Below are positions 1 to 8,738 of a DNA stretch of 64,000 bases, one piece after another. The position numbers were made by a program, and so were the translations under genes. The stretch spans positions 29,016 to 93,015 of the forward strand of contig CAILUT010000031.1 of assembly GCA_903837495.1 (NCBI GenBank), in the 5' to 3' direction. Source of the stretch: an uncultured Flavobacteriales bacterium (GTDB lineage Bacteria; Bacteroidota; Bacteroidia; CAIKAF01). The notes below the pieces were generated by a model. It saw nothing but the letters and a program-made list of their open reading frames with translations, was not told where the DNA came from and did no database searches. Numbering within the stretch: position 1 is the first letter of the stretch; each line of letters begins with the position of its first letter.

Positions 1-228
1 GGCATGCCGTTCCACCGCCTGCATAATCGGTGAAAATCGGGCAATGGCGCCCGAGCGAAGGTAATCTCCATAGGAAAAACCGCCGGGCAGCACCAAAACC
101 TCTACATTTTGCGTGTCTGTGTCTTTATGCCAAAGCCGTATGGGCTGGGCATTGGGAAGCAGCCGGACGGCATCAGCCATGTCTTGGTCGCAATTGGACC
201 CCGGGAAGGTTACGATGCCCCATTTCAT
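1..228 (-). CDS. purQ: Phosphoribosylformylglycinamidine synthase subunit PurQ (5' part, runs off window)
   Basis: Not in the ORF track. Hand translation of the minus strand from ATG at 228 gives MKWGIVTFPGSNCDQD...LVLPGGFSYGDYLRSGAIARFSPIM, with the PurQ FPGSNC and PGGFSYGDYLR motifs. Confidence 0.95.
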   Translation of the reverse strand, partial: MKWGIVTFPGSNCDQDMADAVRLLPNAQPIRLWHKDTDTQNVEVLVLPGGFSYGDYLRSGAIARFSPIMQAVERHA

Positions 229-400
229 GGGGCGAAGGTAGCTAGGTTTGTTTGAAATTGAAAGCGAAAGGGCGGTTTTATGGCCGTTTGTCATTACTTC
301 CGTGTTTTAACACCCAAGTCAAAATTCATTTTCAGTAAAATAAAGGGTTGCAGAATTGCTTATGAAAAAACGGGGAAGTCAGGAGCTAACAGCGCCTACG

Positions 401-596
401 TTTTTAGCCACGAATGCACGAATGGCTATGGCAGTGGCTTTAGCCACCCAAGAAGGAATAAATGGAGTCGGGCTTTTTGCGTCTAGGTTTTTAGCCACGA
501 ATGCACGAATGGTTGTGGCTGTGGCTTTAGCCACCTAAGGAGGAATAAATGGAGTCGGGCTTTTTGCGTCTAGGTTATTAGCCACGAATGCACGAA
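401..596. repeat. 87-bp tandem repeat (~2.2 copies)
   Basis: TTAGCCACGAATGCACGAA at 404, 491 and 578. Each full unit holds a GTGGCT-TT-AGCCAC hairpin and AGGAATAAATGGAGTCGGGCTTTTTGCGTCTAGG. Confidence 0.9.
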
Positions 597-617
597 GGGT
601 AGTGGGTAGTGGGTAGT
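597..617. repeat. Heptamer microsatellite (GGGTAGT)x3
   Basis: Read directly, abutting the 87-bp repeat. Confidence 0.8.
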
Positions 618-682
618 TCTTTGGTGCCATTCTCCTAAGCTCCCCGCGGCCGCGGGCCGAATTTTAGCCGACCGTTAACAGC

Positions 683-1915
683 TTACGCCGACAAGCGGGC
701 CGACAATTCCGCGTCAATCGCGTTCAAGAACTCTTCCGTGTACAGGTAATGCTCTCCGTGGTTTACCTTGTTGCCATGGATGCAAATGGCCAAATCTTTG
801 GTCATTTTTCCCGATTCAATGACGTCCACGCAAACCTGCTCTAGGGTATGGCAAAAGTGAATAAGCTCGTTGTTCCCATCTAATCTGCCCCGAAACTCCA
901 AGCCTCGTGTCCAAGCAAAAATCGAAGCCACCGGATTGGTCGAGGTGGGTTTGCCTTGTTGGTGCTGCCTGTAGTGCCGGGTTACGGTGCCGTGGGCAGC
1001 CTCGGCCTCCATCACCTTGCCGTCTGGGGTTACCAAGGTCGATGTCATTAATCCCAAGGAGCCAAAGCCCTGAGCTACGGTGTCCGACTGCACATCGCCG
1101 TCGTAGTTTTTGCAGGCCCACACAAAGTTGCCGTTCATTTTTAGGGCGCTGGCCACCATGTCGTCAATCAGGCGGTGTTCGTAGTAGATGCCGGCGGCCT
1201 CAAAGCGGGCTTTGTAATCGCGCTGGTAGATGTCTTCAAAGATGTCCTTGAATCGGCCGTCGTATTGCTTTAAAATGGTGTTTTTGGTGGACAGGAACAG
1301 GGGCCATTTTTTCATCAAGGCCTGATTAAAGCAGGCATGGGCAAAGCCAACAATGGATTCTTCGGTGTTGTACATGCCCAGGGCCACGCCGGGGCCTTTG
1401 AATTGGTACACTTCAAATTCTTGAGGGGCGCTGCCGTCTTCGGGGCTAAAGGTCATGGTCAGTTTGCCGGGGCCTGAAACCACAAAATCCGTTGCCCGGT
1501 ACTGATCGCCAAAGGCGTGGCGACCAATGCAAATAGGGGCTGTCCAATTGGGCACCAGCCGGGGGACATTCGCCGTAACAATGGGCTCCCGAAACACGGT
1601 TCCGTCCAGAATGTTCCGAATGGTTCCGTTGGGCGATTTCCACATTTTTTTCAGTCCAAACTCTTCCACCCTTTGTTCATCGGGCGTAATGGTCGCGCAT
1701 TTGATTCCAACCCCGTAGGTGCGAATGGCATGGGCAGCATCAATGGTTACTTGGTCGTTGGTTTCATCGCGGTATTCAATCCCTAAGTCGTAGTACTTTA
1801 TGTCCAAATCTAGGTGGGGAAGAATCAGTTTTTCTTTGATGAATTTCCAAATGATGCGGGTCATTTCATCTCCGTCCAGTTCTACTACGGGATTGGCAAC
1901 GCGTATTTTATTCAT
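683..1915 (-). CDS. icd: NADP-dependent isocitrate dehydrogenase
   Basis: [58 protein letters not shown]. Start moved to ATG 1915. Confidence 0.97.
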   Translation of the reverse strand: MNKIRVANPVVELDGDEMTRIIWKFIKEKLILPHLDLDIKYYDLGIEYRDETNDQVTIDAAHAIRTYGVGIKCATITPDEQRVEEFGLKKMWKSPNGTIRNILDGTVFREPIVTANVPRLVPNWTAPICIGRHAFGDQYRATDFVVSGPGKLTMTFSPEDGSAPQEFEVYQFKGPGVALGMYNTEESIVGFAHACFNQALMKKWPLFLSTKNTILKQYDGRFKDIFEDIYQRDYKARFEAAGIYYEHRLIDDMVASALKMNGNFVWACKNYDGDVQSDTVAQGFGSLGLMTSTLVTPDGKVMEAEAAHGTVTRHYRQHQQGKPTSTNPVASIFAWTRGLEFRGRLDGNNELIHFCHTLEQVCVDVIESGKMTKDLAICIHGNKVNHGEHYLYTEEFLNAIDAELSARLSA

Positions 1916-1986
1916 GACAGCAGGGGTATATGATGAATGAAGTTTTGTTTCTTGGGGCAAATGTGCATAAAACTGAGCGAATTTCC

Positions 1987-3006
1987 TTAATGTTGGTGCA
2001 ATTGCACCCATTTTTCTACCAGCGATTGCAGGGAGGGGTAAGAGGAACAAAAGCGGGGGTCGTCAAGAGTCAAGGGAAGTCGGGTGTTTTGAGACGACAG
2101 GGTATTGCGCAGCCGCTGAAGGGATTCGGGCGTAGGCAATTCGGCCTTATGCTGAATCAGGGATTGCAGAGCCAGCAGTCGTTCGTAGTCCTTCCAGTTT
2201 GGGTCTTTAAGCCCGTTCAGCCAAAATTCGGTCGATTGTTGTTCGGGAAGGCCCGCAGCGGCCCGTATTGCCGACAAGCGGTGTTTGACGTGCTGGCTTT
2301 CCCAAAAGGGATACAGGATTTCTTTTTGCAGGGGGATTCCCAGCAGGGCCACCCATTCCAAAGCATAGCTTTGTTGGTAATGCAAGGTGTCTAATTCTCC
2401 ACCCATGGGGGCTGGGGGCTCCAACAGATAGGGCATTACCTTTTTTGAAAGGGCTTCTTGGGCGGAGGTCCAACCTTCGCTGCCGGGCTTGTGTTTCATC
2501 AGGCAGATCCAACCGGGCAAAAAGGTGGCTCGGAAAATTCGTTCCGAAACATAAATCGGCAGGGCCGGGTGAAGGAAACCCCAGGCCACCCAGCCGGCCG
2601 AGGCGTACATGACTCCGTTGTCGGGCCCGGGCAAGGCCAATCTGCCGCGCCCCAGGTCTTTCACAAGCAGGTAAGCCGTATCGTTCACCAACCGAAATGG
2701 GGCTAAATCTCCGCGGCTTGCATTGCAGGGAGGCGTTAGAAAATAAGATGAGATTCCGAGTTTTTTGGCGCGTATGCTGGGGCCTGCAATGTGTTCTAAT
2801 ACACGGATGCCTTGCCCCAATTTGGAATCGACGCTTGTTTTTTTGACCTTAATAAGGCTTAGGTCGGAGCGGATTAAATCAGAAAAAAACGCCGCTTGGT
2901 AGCTGCGTCGATATTGGGCAATTAGGGCGGGAGCAAGCAGAAAGCCCAACAGAAAAAGAGCACATGTGGCAGAAAAATAAGACCTTTGTATCCTGGCGGT
3001 ACTCAT
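1987..3006 (-). CDS. Hypothetical exported protein
   Basis: 339-aa ORF with an N-terminal hydrophobic signal-like segment and a TACCTTTG -7 box just upstream. No family recognised. Confidence 0.65.
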   Translation of the reverse strand: MSTARIQRSYFSATCALFLLGFLLAPALIAQYRRSYQAAFFSDLIRSDLSLIKVKKTSVDSKLGQGIRVLEHIAGPSIRAKKLGISSYFLTPPCNASRGDLAPFRLVNDTAYLLVKDLGRGRLALPGPDNGVMYASAGWVAWGFLHPALPIYVSERIFRATFLPGWICLMKHKPGSEGWTSAQEALSKKVMPYLLEPPAPMGGELDTLHYQQSYALEWVALLGIPLQKEILYPFWESQHVKHRLSAIRAAAGLPEQQSTEFWLNGLKDPNWKDYERLLALQSLIQHKAELPTPESLQRLRNTLSSQNTRLPLTLDDPRFCSSYPSLQSLVEKWVQLHQH

Positions 3007-3013
3007 TACCGCA

Positions 3014-3021
3014 CAAAGGTA
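3014..3021 (-). promoter_or_regulatory. Bacteroidota -7 promoter box
   Basis: TACCTTTG (TAnnTTTG) on the minus strand, 7 nt before ATG 3006. Confidence 0.55.
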
Positions 3022-3037
3022 CGCTTATTTATACTAG

Positions 3038-4186
3038 ATGCGGGTATTGCATGTGATTCCGAAGTTGGTGATTGGAGGGGCTGAGCAATTTGCGCTCAAC
3101 TTGGTTCATGCGTTGAACCGGGAGCCAGAGGTAGAGAGCGTGCTGGCATATTGGGAGCCCATTTTTCAGTTTGAGGATGCTATGAAATCGCACACCCGAA
3201 AAATCAACCTTGAGTTGGATCTGGGCCTTGGACGCATCAACAAATTCAAACTTAAAGAATGGGACGACCTGGTTCTTGAATTTAAGCCCGACATCATTCA
3301 TTCCCACTTGTTTCAAGCCGAATTGGTTGCTCGAGCAAATTCCCGCCCCGGCATTCGGTATTTTTCGTCGGTGCACGACAAAATGCATCAATTGGATTCC
3401 CTTTGGCAGAAGGGAATGCAAAAAATCCCAGCGGCCTTTTGGGAAAAACACCTAGCCCACACCTACTACCGAAAAAGCCAAAACCGCTTTTTAGCCGTTT
3501 CAAAGGACACACAAGCGTATTTAAAGCGTGTTTTGCCTGCCGACCTAGCTAAAAGGGTGGACTTGGTTTACAACGGTGTTCCAACATCAAAATTCAAGGT
3601 TTATCAAAGGGATTTTCCAACCCATTTTACCGCTGAAAATCCCCTCAAAATCATCAATGTAGGCAGCTTCCGCTCCTTTAAAGGACAGGAAAAGCTGATT
3701 GTTGCCTTACATAGCCTTTTGTCTCAAGGTTGCTTCCTAGAATTAACCTTTTTGGGTCAAGGTCAAGAAATGCAGGCCTGCATGTCGCTGGCCGAAAGCC
3801 TGGGCATTTCACAACAGGTTAAATTCAAGGGCATATTGCACGAACTTCAGCCCGAGTATGCCCAACATCATTTGTACGTTCATGCTTCTTCTTCTGAGTC
3901 GTTTGGTTTGGTATTAATCGAGGCCTTAGCCGCAGGATTGCCCGCAATTGCCCTGGACGCGGGAGGAAATCGCGAGGTTTTGTCGGATGCGGTGTGCACC
4001 CGAATGCTGCCCAACAACAGCTCAACCGATGATATTGCTAATGCCATTCTTGAATGGTATGCCCATCCCGCCCAATTCAAGGAGGCTTCTGAACGGGCTG
4101 AAATCCTTGCTTCATCCTTTGATTTTTCAAAGACCTTATCGTCTATACTGGCGCATTACCAAGCTTCCCTAAACCAATCCGAATGA
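3038..4186 (+). CDS. Glycosyltransferase family 4
   Basis: GGAE N-terminal motif, NVGSF..KGQ, ESFGLVLIEALAAG (EX7E). Confidence 0.92.
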   Translation: MRVLHVIPKLVIGGAEQFALNLVHALNREPEVESVLAYWEPIFQFEDAMKSHTRKINLELDLGLGRINKFKLKEWDDLVLEFKPDIIHSHLFQAELVARANSRPGIRYFSSVHDKMHQLDSLWQKGMQKIPAAFWEKHLAHTYYRKSQNRFLAVSKDTQAYLKRVLPADLAKRVDLVYNGVPTSKFKVYQRDFPTHFTAENPLKIINVGSFRSFKGQEKLIVALHSLLSQGCFLELTFLGQGQEMQACMSLAESLGISQQVKFKGILHELQPEYAQHHLYVHASSSESFGLVLIEALAAGLPAIALDAGGNREVLSDAVCTRMLPNNSSTDDIANAILEWYAHPAQFKEASERAEILASSFDFSKTLSSILAHYQASLNQSE

Positions 4187-5322
4187 CGCTTAAGGTAGCC
4201 CATATTATTCCGCAATTGAGCCAAGGGGGGGCAGAGCAATTAACCCTGAACATTCATCATGCCTTAAACCAAAACCCCAACGTACAATCCAAACTCTTTT
4301 ATTTTCAACCGGTGGCCGATTACGGTCCACCTGAACTTTTGGGAACCCAATTTTTACCCGCCCAAGTTCAACTTCGCCTTTTTTCTGGGCTGCAAGGCCA
4401 AGTTGAGGAGCTGGAAGCGGCCATTCGAGCCTATTCGCCACAGGTAGTTCATTGCCATTTGTATGAATCTGAACTTGTTCGGGCCTGCTTTAAACCCGGA
4501 CCCTGGGTCCACATTTCAACCGTTCACGACAACATGCGTCAATTGTCGCCGCCTTCTTCCTTTCTCAAAAAGCCATATTGGATTCAACGGGCCAGCCGAA
4601 CAACTTTATTGCGGGCCTTCCGCCAAACCCGCAACCACTTCCTTGCCATCTCTGAAGACACCCGTAACTACCTGCACCAGGTTCTTCCCGCCGATATGCA
4701 CCCCCGCATTGCCCTGCTCAAAAATGCAGTCCCCCTAAATCGCTTTGCCTTTCCCGAACGCCCCGACTGGCAACCCGGGCAAACCCTCCACCTGATCAAC
4801 GTGGGCAGCTTTGTTGCCAAAAAGAACCAAGCCATGGCCTTGGACGTTCTGCAGGAATTGGTCAAGGTGGGCATAGACACACGGCTCACCTTTGCCGGCG
4901 ATGGCCCCTTGAAAAGCCAAGTTCAGCAGCAAGCCGAAGCCAAAGGCTTGCAAAACCGCTGCTCCTTTTTGGGAAATGTTCAAAACATCGAGGCCCATTA
5001 CCGCCATGCCGACCTATACCTGCATACAGCTTGGGAAGAACCTTTTGGATTGGTCTTGGTCGAGGCCATGGCCTCCGGCCTTTCGGTTGTGGCTCTGAAC
5101 GCCGGAGGCAACCGAGAGCTAATCCAGGACGGTATAAACGGCCGACTGCTGCCCCAGCAAGCCAGCCCCAGCGAAGTGGCCTTATCCATCCAAACCTGGA
5201 TGAGCCAAGCCTCTGCTCAGCGCCATGCCCGAAAAAACGCCCTGGAATTTTCCGCCGGTTTTGGCATGCCCGCCTACGTCGATGCTTTGCTAAACCACTA
5301 CACTCAGCTGCAACCCGCCTAA
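4183..5322 (+). CDS. Glycosyltransferase family 4 (paralog of the upstream gene)
   Basis: GGAEQ, NVGSFVAKKNQ, EPFGLVLVEAMASG. ATGA overlap with the previous gene. Confidence 0.92.
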   Translation: MTLKVAHIIPQLSQGGAEQLTLNIHHALNQNPNVQSKLFYFQPVADYGPPELLGTQFLPAQVQLRLFSGLQGQVEELEAAIRAYSPQVVHCHLYESELVRACFKPGPWVHISTVHDNMRQLSPPSSFLKKPYWIQRASRTTLLRAFRQTRNHFLAISEDTRNYLHQVLPADMHPRIALLKNAVPLNRFAFPERPDWQPGQTLHLINVGSFVAKKNQAMALDVLQELVKVGIDTRLTFAGDGPLKSQVQQQAEAKGLQNRCSFLGNVQNIEAHYRHADLYLHTAWEEPFGLVLVEAMASGLSVVALNAGGNRELIQDGINGRLLPQQASPSEVALSIQTWMSQASAQRHARKNALEFSAGFGMPAYVDALLNHYTQLQPA

Positions 5323-5354
5323 ACTCCGTACCTTGTAAGCCAGAATCAATCAGC

Positions 5355-7202
5355 ATGTGTGGAATTGCCGGAATATGGGGCCCCGAGGCCGGGGAACGCA
5401 TCGAAGCCATGACGGCAGGGCTTAGCCACCGCGGCCCCGACCACCAAGGCCTTTTTCGCCTGCCCGAACAAAACCTGGCCCTGGGCCACCGTAGGCTTAG
5501 CATTCTTGACCTAAGCTCGGCCGGAAACCAGCCCGTTCACAGCCATTGTGGCCGATATACCATGGTGTACAACGGCGAAATTTACAACCATGCCGAATTA
5601 AAACGCCGCCTGGAAGAACGCGGCCACACTCCCTTTAAAAGCCGCTCCGACACCGAGGTCCTGCTCGAAATGTTTGCCCTGTACGGCACCGATATGCTGC
5701 CCCAATTGAATGGAATGTTTGCGGTTGGCATTTACGACCGCCTTGAAAACTGCCTTTGGTTGATGCGCGACCGACTCGGAATCAAACCCCTGTACTACGG
5801 TCGAGATGCCCGGCAGAATTTTCGATTTGGCTCGGACCTTTCGGTGTTTTCAGACGCCCCCCCAGAACTTTGCCCAGAATCGGTGGCTGCCTTTTTTCAC
5901 CTGGGTTTTGTGCCCGGCCCCAACAGCATCCGCAAAGGGGTTTTTTCCTTGCCGCCCGGACATGTGTTGAAGGTTCAACAGGGCCGCCCGGGCGAATCCC
6001 GAGCCTGGTGGTCTCTGCCCATGCACCGCAGCGCCCCCATTTCGGAACCCCAAGCCCTGAACCAACTCCAAGAATTGCTGGAATCGGCTGTTGAAACCCG
6101 CCTGGTGGCCGATGTGCCCTTCGGAACCTTCTTAAGCGGTGGCATTGATTCCAGTTTGATTACTGCCCTGGCAGCCAAAAAGTACGGCCCCGGCTTAAAA
6201 ACGTTTTCCATCGCCATGCCCACTCAAAGCCACAACGAATCGGTCTATGCCGAGGCGGTGGCCAAACAACTTAAAACCCAACATACCACCTTTAAACTGG
6301 AGGCCGACTATGCCCTGAAATGGGTGCCCCGCCTGCCGGAGTGGTTTGCCGAACCCTTTGCCGATTCTTCTGCCTTGCCAACCCTGGCCGTTTCGGCCCT
6401 GGCCCGCGAACAAGTCAGCATGGTTTTAACCGGCGACGGCGGCGATGAGTTGTTCTGGGGTTATGGTGCTTACCGCTGGGCCGACCGACTCAGCCGCTCA
6501 CCTTGGTCCAATCCCCTTTTTCAACGAGGTATGGCAGGGTTGCTGGCCTTTGGCACTGCTCGCGAGCGAAGGGTGGCCCGCCTGCTTGCTCCACCCCCTG
6601 CCGGCATTTCTTGGCAGGCTCAGATTTTTAGCCAAGAGCAATACCTGTTCCGGGCCGAAGAGGTGGGCCGCCTAACCGGACACCGGCCCAGCGATCGGCT
6701 CTCGGCCTGGCGCAGCCCCCCGGTCCTTGACCTGCGCTCGGCCCCTGCCCGCCAAGCCTTTTTTGATTTGACCGGCTACCTGCCCGACGACCTGTTGGTG
6801 AAAGTGGATAGGGCAACCATGGCCAACAGCCTTGAAGCCCGAGTTCCCTTGCTCGATTACAGGGTGGTGGAATTCGCCCTGGGATTGCCCGACGAACTGA
6901 AATGGAAGAACGGCCAAGAGAAATACCTGCTTAAACAACTGCTGTACCGGCATTTGCCGGCCGAACTTTTTCAACGGCCCAAATGGGGATTCTCGGTGCC
7001 TTTGGCCGCTTGGCTGCAAGGCGAAGGCCGGAAGCTGGTTGACCAATGGGTGGAAGACCCCCAAGCCTACCGGCACGGACTGTTGAACATGGCCGAGGCC
7101 AAACGCCACTTAAAGCAGTTTCGCCGAGGCGACCGCATTGCCTACAACCGCGTTTGGCTGCTCCTTATTTTCAACCAATGGATGAACCACCATGCCCGAT
7201 AA
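5355..7202 (+). CDS. asnB: Asparagine synthase-like glutamine amidotransferase (glycan amidation)
   Basis: True start MCGIAG at 5355. HRGPD, RLSILD, NGEIYN, SGGIDS, TGDGGDELF. Confidence 0.93.
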   Translation: MCGIAGIWGPEAGERIEAMTAGLSHRGPDHQGLFRLPEQNLALGHRRLSILDLSSAGNQPVHSHCGRYTMVYNGEIYNHAELKRRLEERGHTPFKSRSDTEVLLEMFALYGTDMLPQLNGMFAVGIYDRLENCLWLMRDRLGIKPLYYGRDARQNFRFGSDLSVFSDAPPELCPESVAAFFHLGFVPGPNSIRKGVFSLPPGHVLKVQQGRPGESRAWWSLPMHRSAPISEPQALNQLQELLESAVETRLVADVPFGTFLSGGIDSSLITALAAKKYGPGLKTFSIAMPTQSHNESVYAEAVAKQLKTQHTTFKLEADYALKWVPRLPEWFAEPFADSSALPTLAVSALAREQVSMVLTGDGGDELFWGYGAYRWADRLSRSPWSNPLFQRGMAGLLAFGTARERRVARLLAPPPAGISWQAQIFSQEQYLFRAEEVGRLTGHRPSDRLSAWRSPPVLDLRSAPARQAFFDLTGYLPDDLLVKVDRATMANSLEARVPLLDYRVVEFALGLPDELKWKNGQEKYLLKQLLYRHLPAELFQRPKWGFSVPLAAWLQGEGRKLVDQWVEDPQAYRHGLLNMAEAKRHLKQFRRGDRIAYNRVWLLLIFNQWMNHHAR

Positions 7203-8430
7203 GCACCTGGTTTTTTTGTCCTACGACGGCCTAAGCGACCCTTTGGGCGAGGCCCAAGTTTTGCCCTACATCAAAGGGCTGGCCGCCTTAGGCTGGAAAT
7301 ACACCCTAATCAGCTTCGAAAAGCCTGAACTCTTTCAACAACACCGCTCCCGGCTAGAACAGGAATGTTTGTCCGCCGGAATCGATTGGCAGCCCTTGCC
7401 CTACACCAAAAAGCCTCCGGTGCTTTCTACCTTGTACGACCAATGGATGCTGCGCCGGCACCTGCGCGCCTTGTACCGCCGCCGCCCTTTTCATTTGCTG
7501 CATTGCCGGGGCTACATCACCGCCCGCGAAGGCCTGCATTGGCAATCCAAGGGCGTTTTATTTTTGTTCGACATGCGGGGCTTTTTCCCCGACGAACGTG
7601 CCGATGCCGGACTTTGGAAAAAAAACCATCCGATTTTCGGGGCCGTGTACCGCTATTTCAAACGGCAAGAACTCGCCTTTTTGTCTCGGGCCGACCACAT
7701 CATTAGCCTAACCGAAAAGGGCCTAAGCATTATGCAAGCCATGCTCCCTTCCCAGGGCCTAAGCTTAAAGCCCTGCACAGTCATTCCCTGTTGCGCCGAT
7801 TTGGACTTGTTTGATCCCAACGCTCTTCCGGAGAACACCCGGACCGGCTGGCGGCAGGCCCGAAACCTGCCCGAAACGGCTCCTTTGATGCTGTATGTAG
7901 GTTCGCTGGGAACCTGGTACATGCTGAACGAAATGCTGGATTTTTTCCGGGAATTCCTAAGCCTAGAGCCCCAAGCTCGATTTGTGCTGGCCACCCGCGA
8001 CTCGGCCGATTCGGTTTTTAGCAGCGCGCGGCAAAGGGGCATTCCCCAGGAGCGCATACATGTGGAATCCTTTGCTCGCAAAGACTTGCCAGCGGCCATG
8101 GCCTCGGTCAATGCCTCGGTATTTTTTATCCGCCCCAGCTATTCCAAACAGGCCAGCAGTCCCACAAAACAAGGCGAATTAATGGCCATGAATGTGCCGG
8201 TGTTTTGCAACACCGGGGTTGGCGACACCGACGTTTTAATTGAACGGTACAAGAGCGGCATTTTAATTCCCGAGTTCAGCCCCGAGGCCTACCGCAGCGC
8301 CATTCGGCAATGGCAAAGCACCCGCGGCAGCAGCAGCGCGCATCTGCGTCAGGGCGCCATGCTCGCCTTCGCTTTGCGCATCGGCATCGAACGCTACAAC
8401 CAAGTGTATTTAAGGGTATTGAACAAATAA
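7192..8430 (+). CDS. Glycosyltransferase family 4
   Basis: SYDGLSDPLG, FDMRGFFPDER, YVGSLGTWY, SSPTKQGELMAM. Confidence 0.88.
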   Translation: MPDKHLVFLSYDGLSDPLGEAQVLPYIKGLAALGWKYTLISFEKPELFQQHRSRLEQECLSAGIDWQPLPYTKKPPVLSTLYDQWMLRRHLRALYRRRPFHLLHCRGYITAREGLHWQSKGVLFLFDMRGFFPDERADAGLWKKNHPIFGAVYRYFKRQELAFLSRADHIISLTEKGLSIMQAMLPSQGLSLKPCTVIPCCADLDLFDPNALPENTRTGWRQARNLPETAPLMLYVGSLGTWYMLNEMLDFFREFLSLEPQARFVLATRDSADSVFSSARQRGIPQERIHVESFARKDLPAAMASVNASVFFIRPSYSKQASSPTKQGELMAMNVPVFCNTGVGDTDVLIERYKSGILIPEFSPEAYRSAIRQWQSTRGSSSAHLRQGAMLAFALRIGIERYNQVYLRVLNK

Positions 8431-8437
8431 GGTTTTT

Positions 8438-8592
8438 TTTTGGGGCGGTAATCGGGCTTTCACCGGTTGTCCGCGGCTGTAGGTGGCGGGGCCAGCGGGC
8501 TTGCGGTGGCTCCTAAAGTCGCCTCCGCGCCACGCGGCCCCGGCACCCACAGCCTTGCGGGCAACCCGGTTCAATCCCGCCGCCGGCCGCTC
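8438..8592 (-). ncRNA. Structured hairpin element copy 1 (Flavo-1-like)
   Basis: GC-rich rod hairpin. Shares GGTTGCCCGCAAGG and CCGCGGACAACC with copy 2 and an exact 21-mer (8508-8528) with copy 4. Confidence 0.65.
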
Positions 8593-8726
8593 CTGTCCAA
8601 TTCCCTTTCAACCCATTTTGCGAACCATTGCATTCACCACGCTTCCCAAATCCTGGAACAAATACCCCCTAAATTCCTTTATTCAAAAGAGCGGGCAATT
8701 TTAACCTAACTAATGCCAAGGCTACA

Positions 8727-8734
8727 TACCTTTG
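8727..8734 (+). promoter_or_regulatory. Bacteroidota -7 promoter box for mfd
   Basis: TACCTTTG ending 4 nt before ATG 8739. Confidence 0.6.
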
Positions 8735-8738
8735 CCGA

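Noticed and set aside
401-596. CRISPR array or small coding ORFs (280-486, 356-538)
   Set aside because: The whole 87-bp unit repeats, so there are no unique spacers. The ORFs merely translate the repeat
5031-5354. N-terminal extensions of tracked ORFs (asnB, also icd, pheT, vioF, wbqC, GT61)
   Set aside because: They overlap neighbouring genes or precede the family-conserved start (e.g. MCG)
5355-7202. AsnB genes as lasso-peptide cyclases
   Set aside because: Intact Cys1 glutaminase domains, no B protein/RRE or precursor, glycosyltransferase context (the same holds for 39861)
8467-8709. Short GC-rich ORFs over the hairpin elements (also 20850-21125, 55767-55997, 58889-59174)
   Set aside because: Ala/Arg/Pro-rich artefacts of GC-rich structured DNA, with no protein-level conservation between copies
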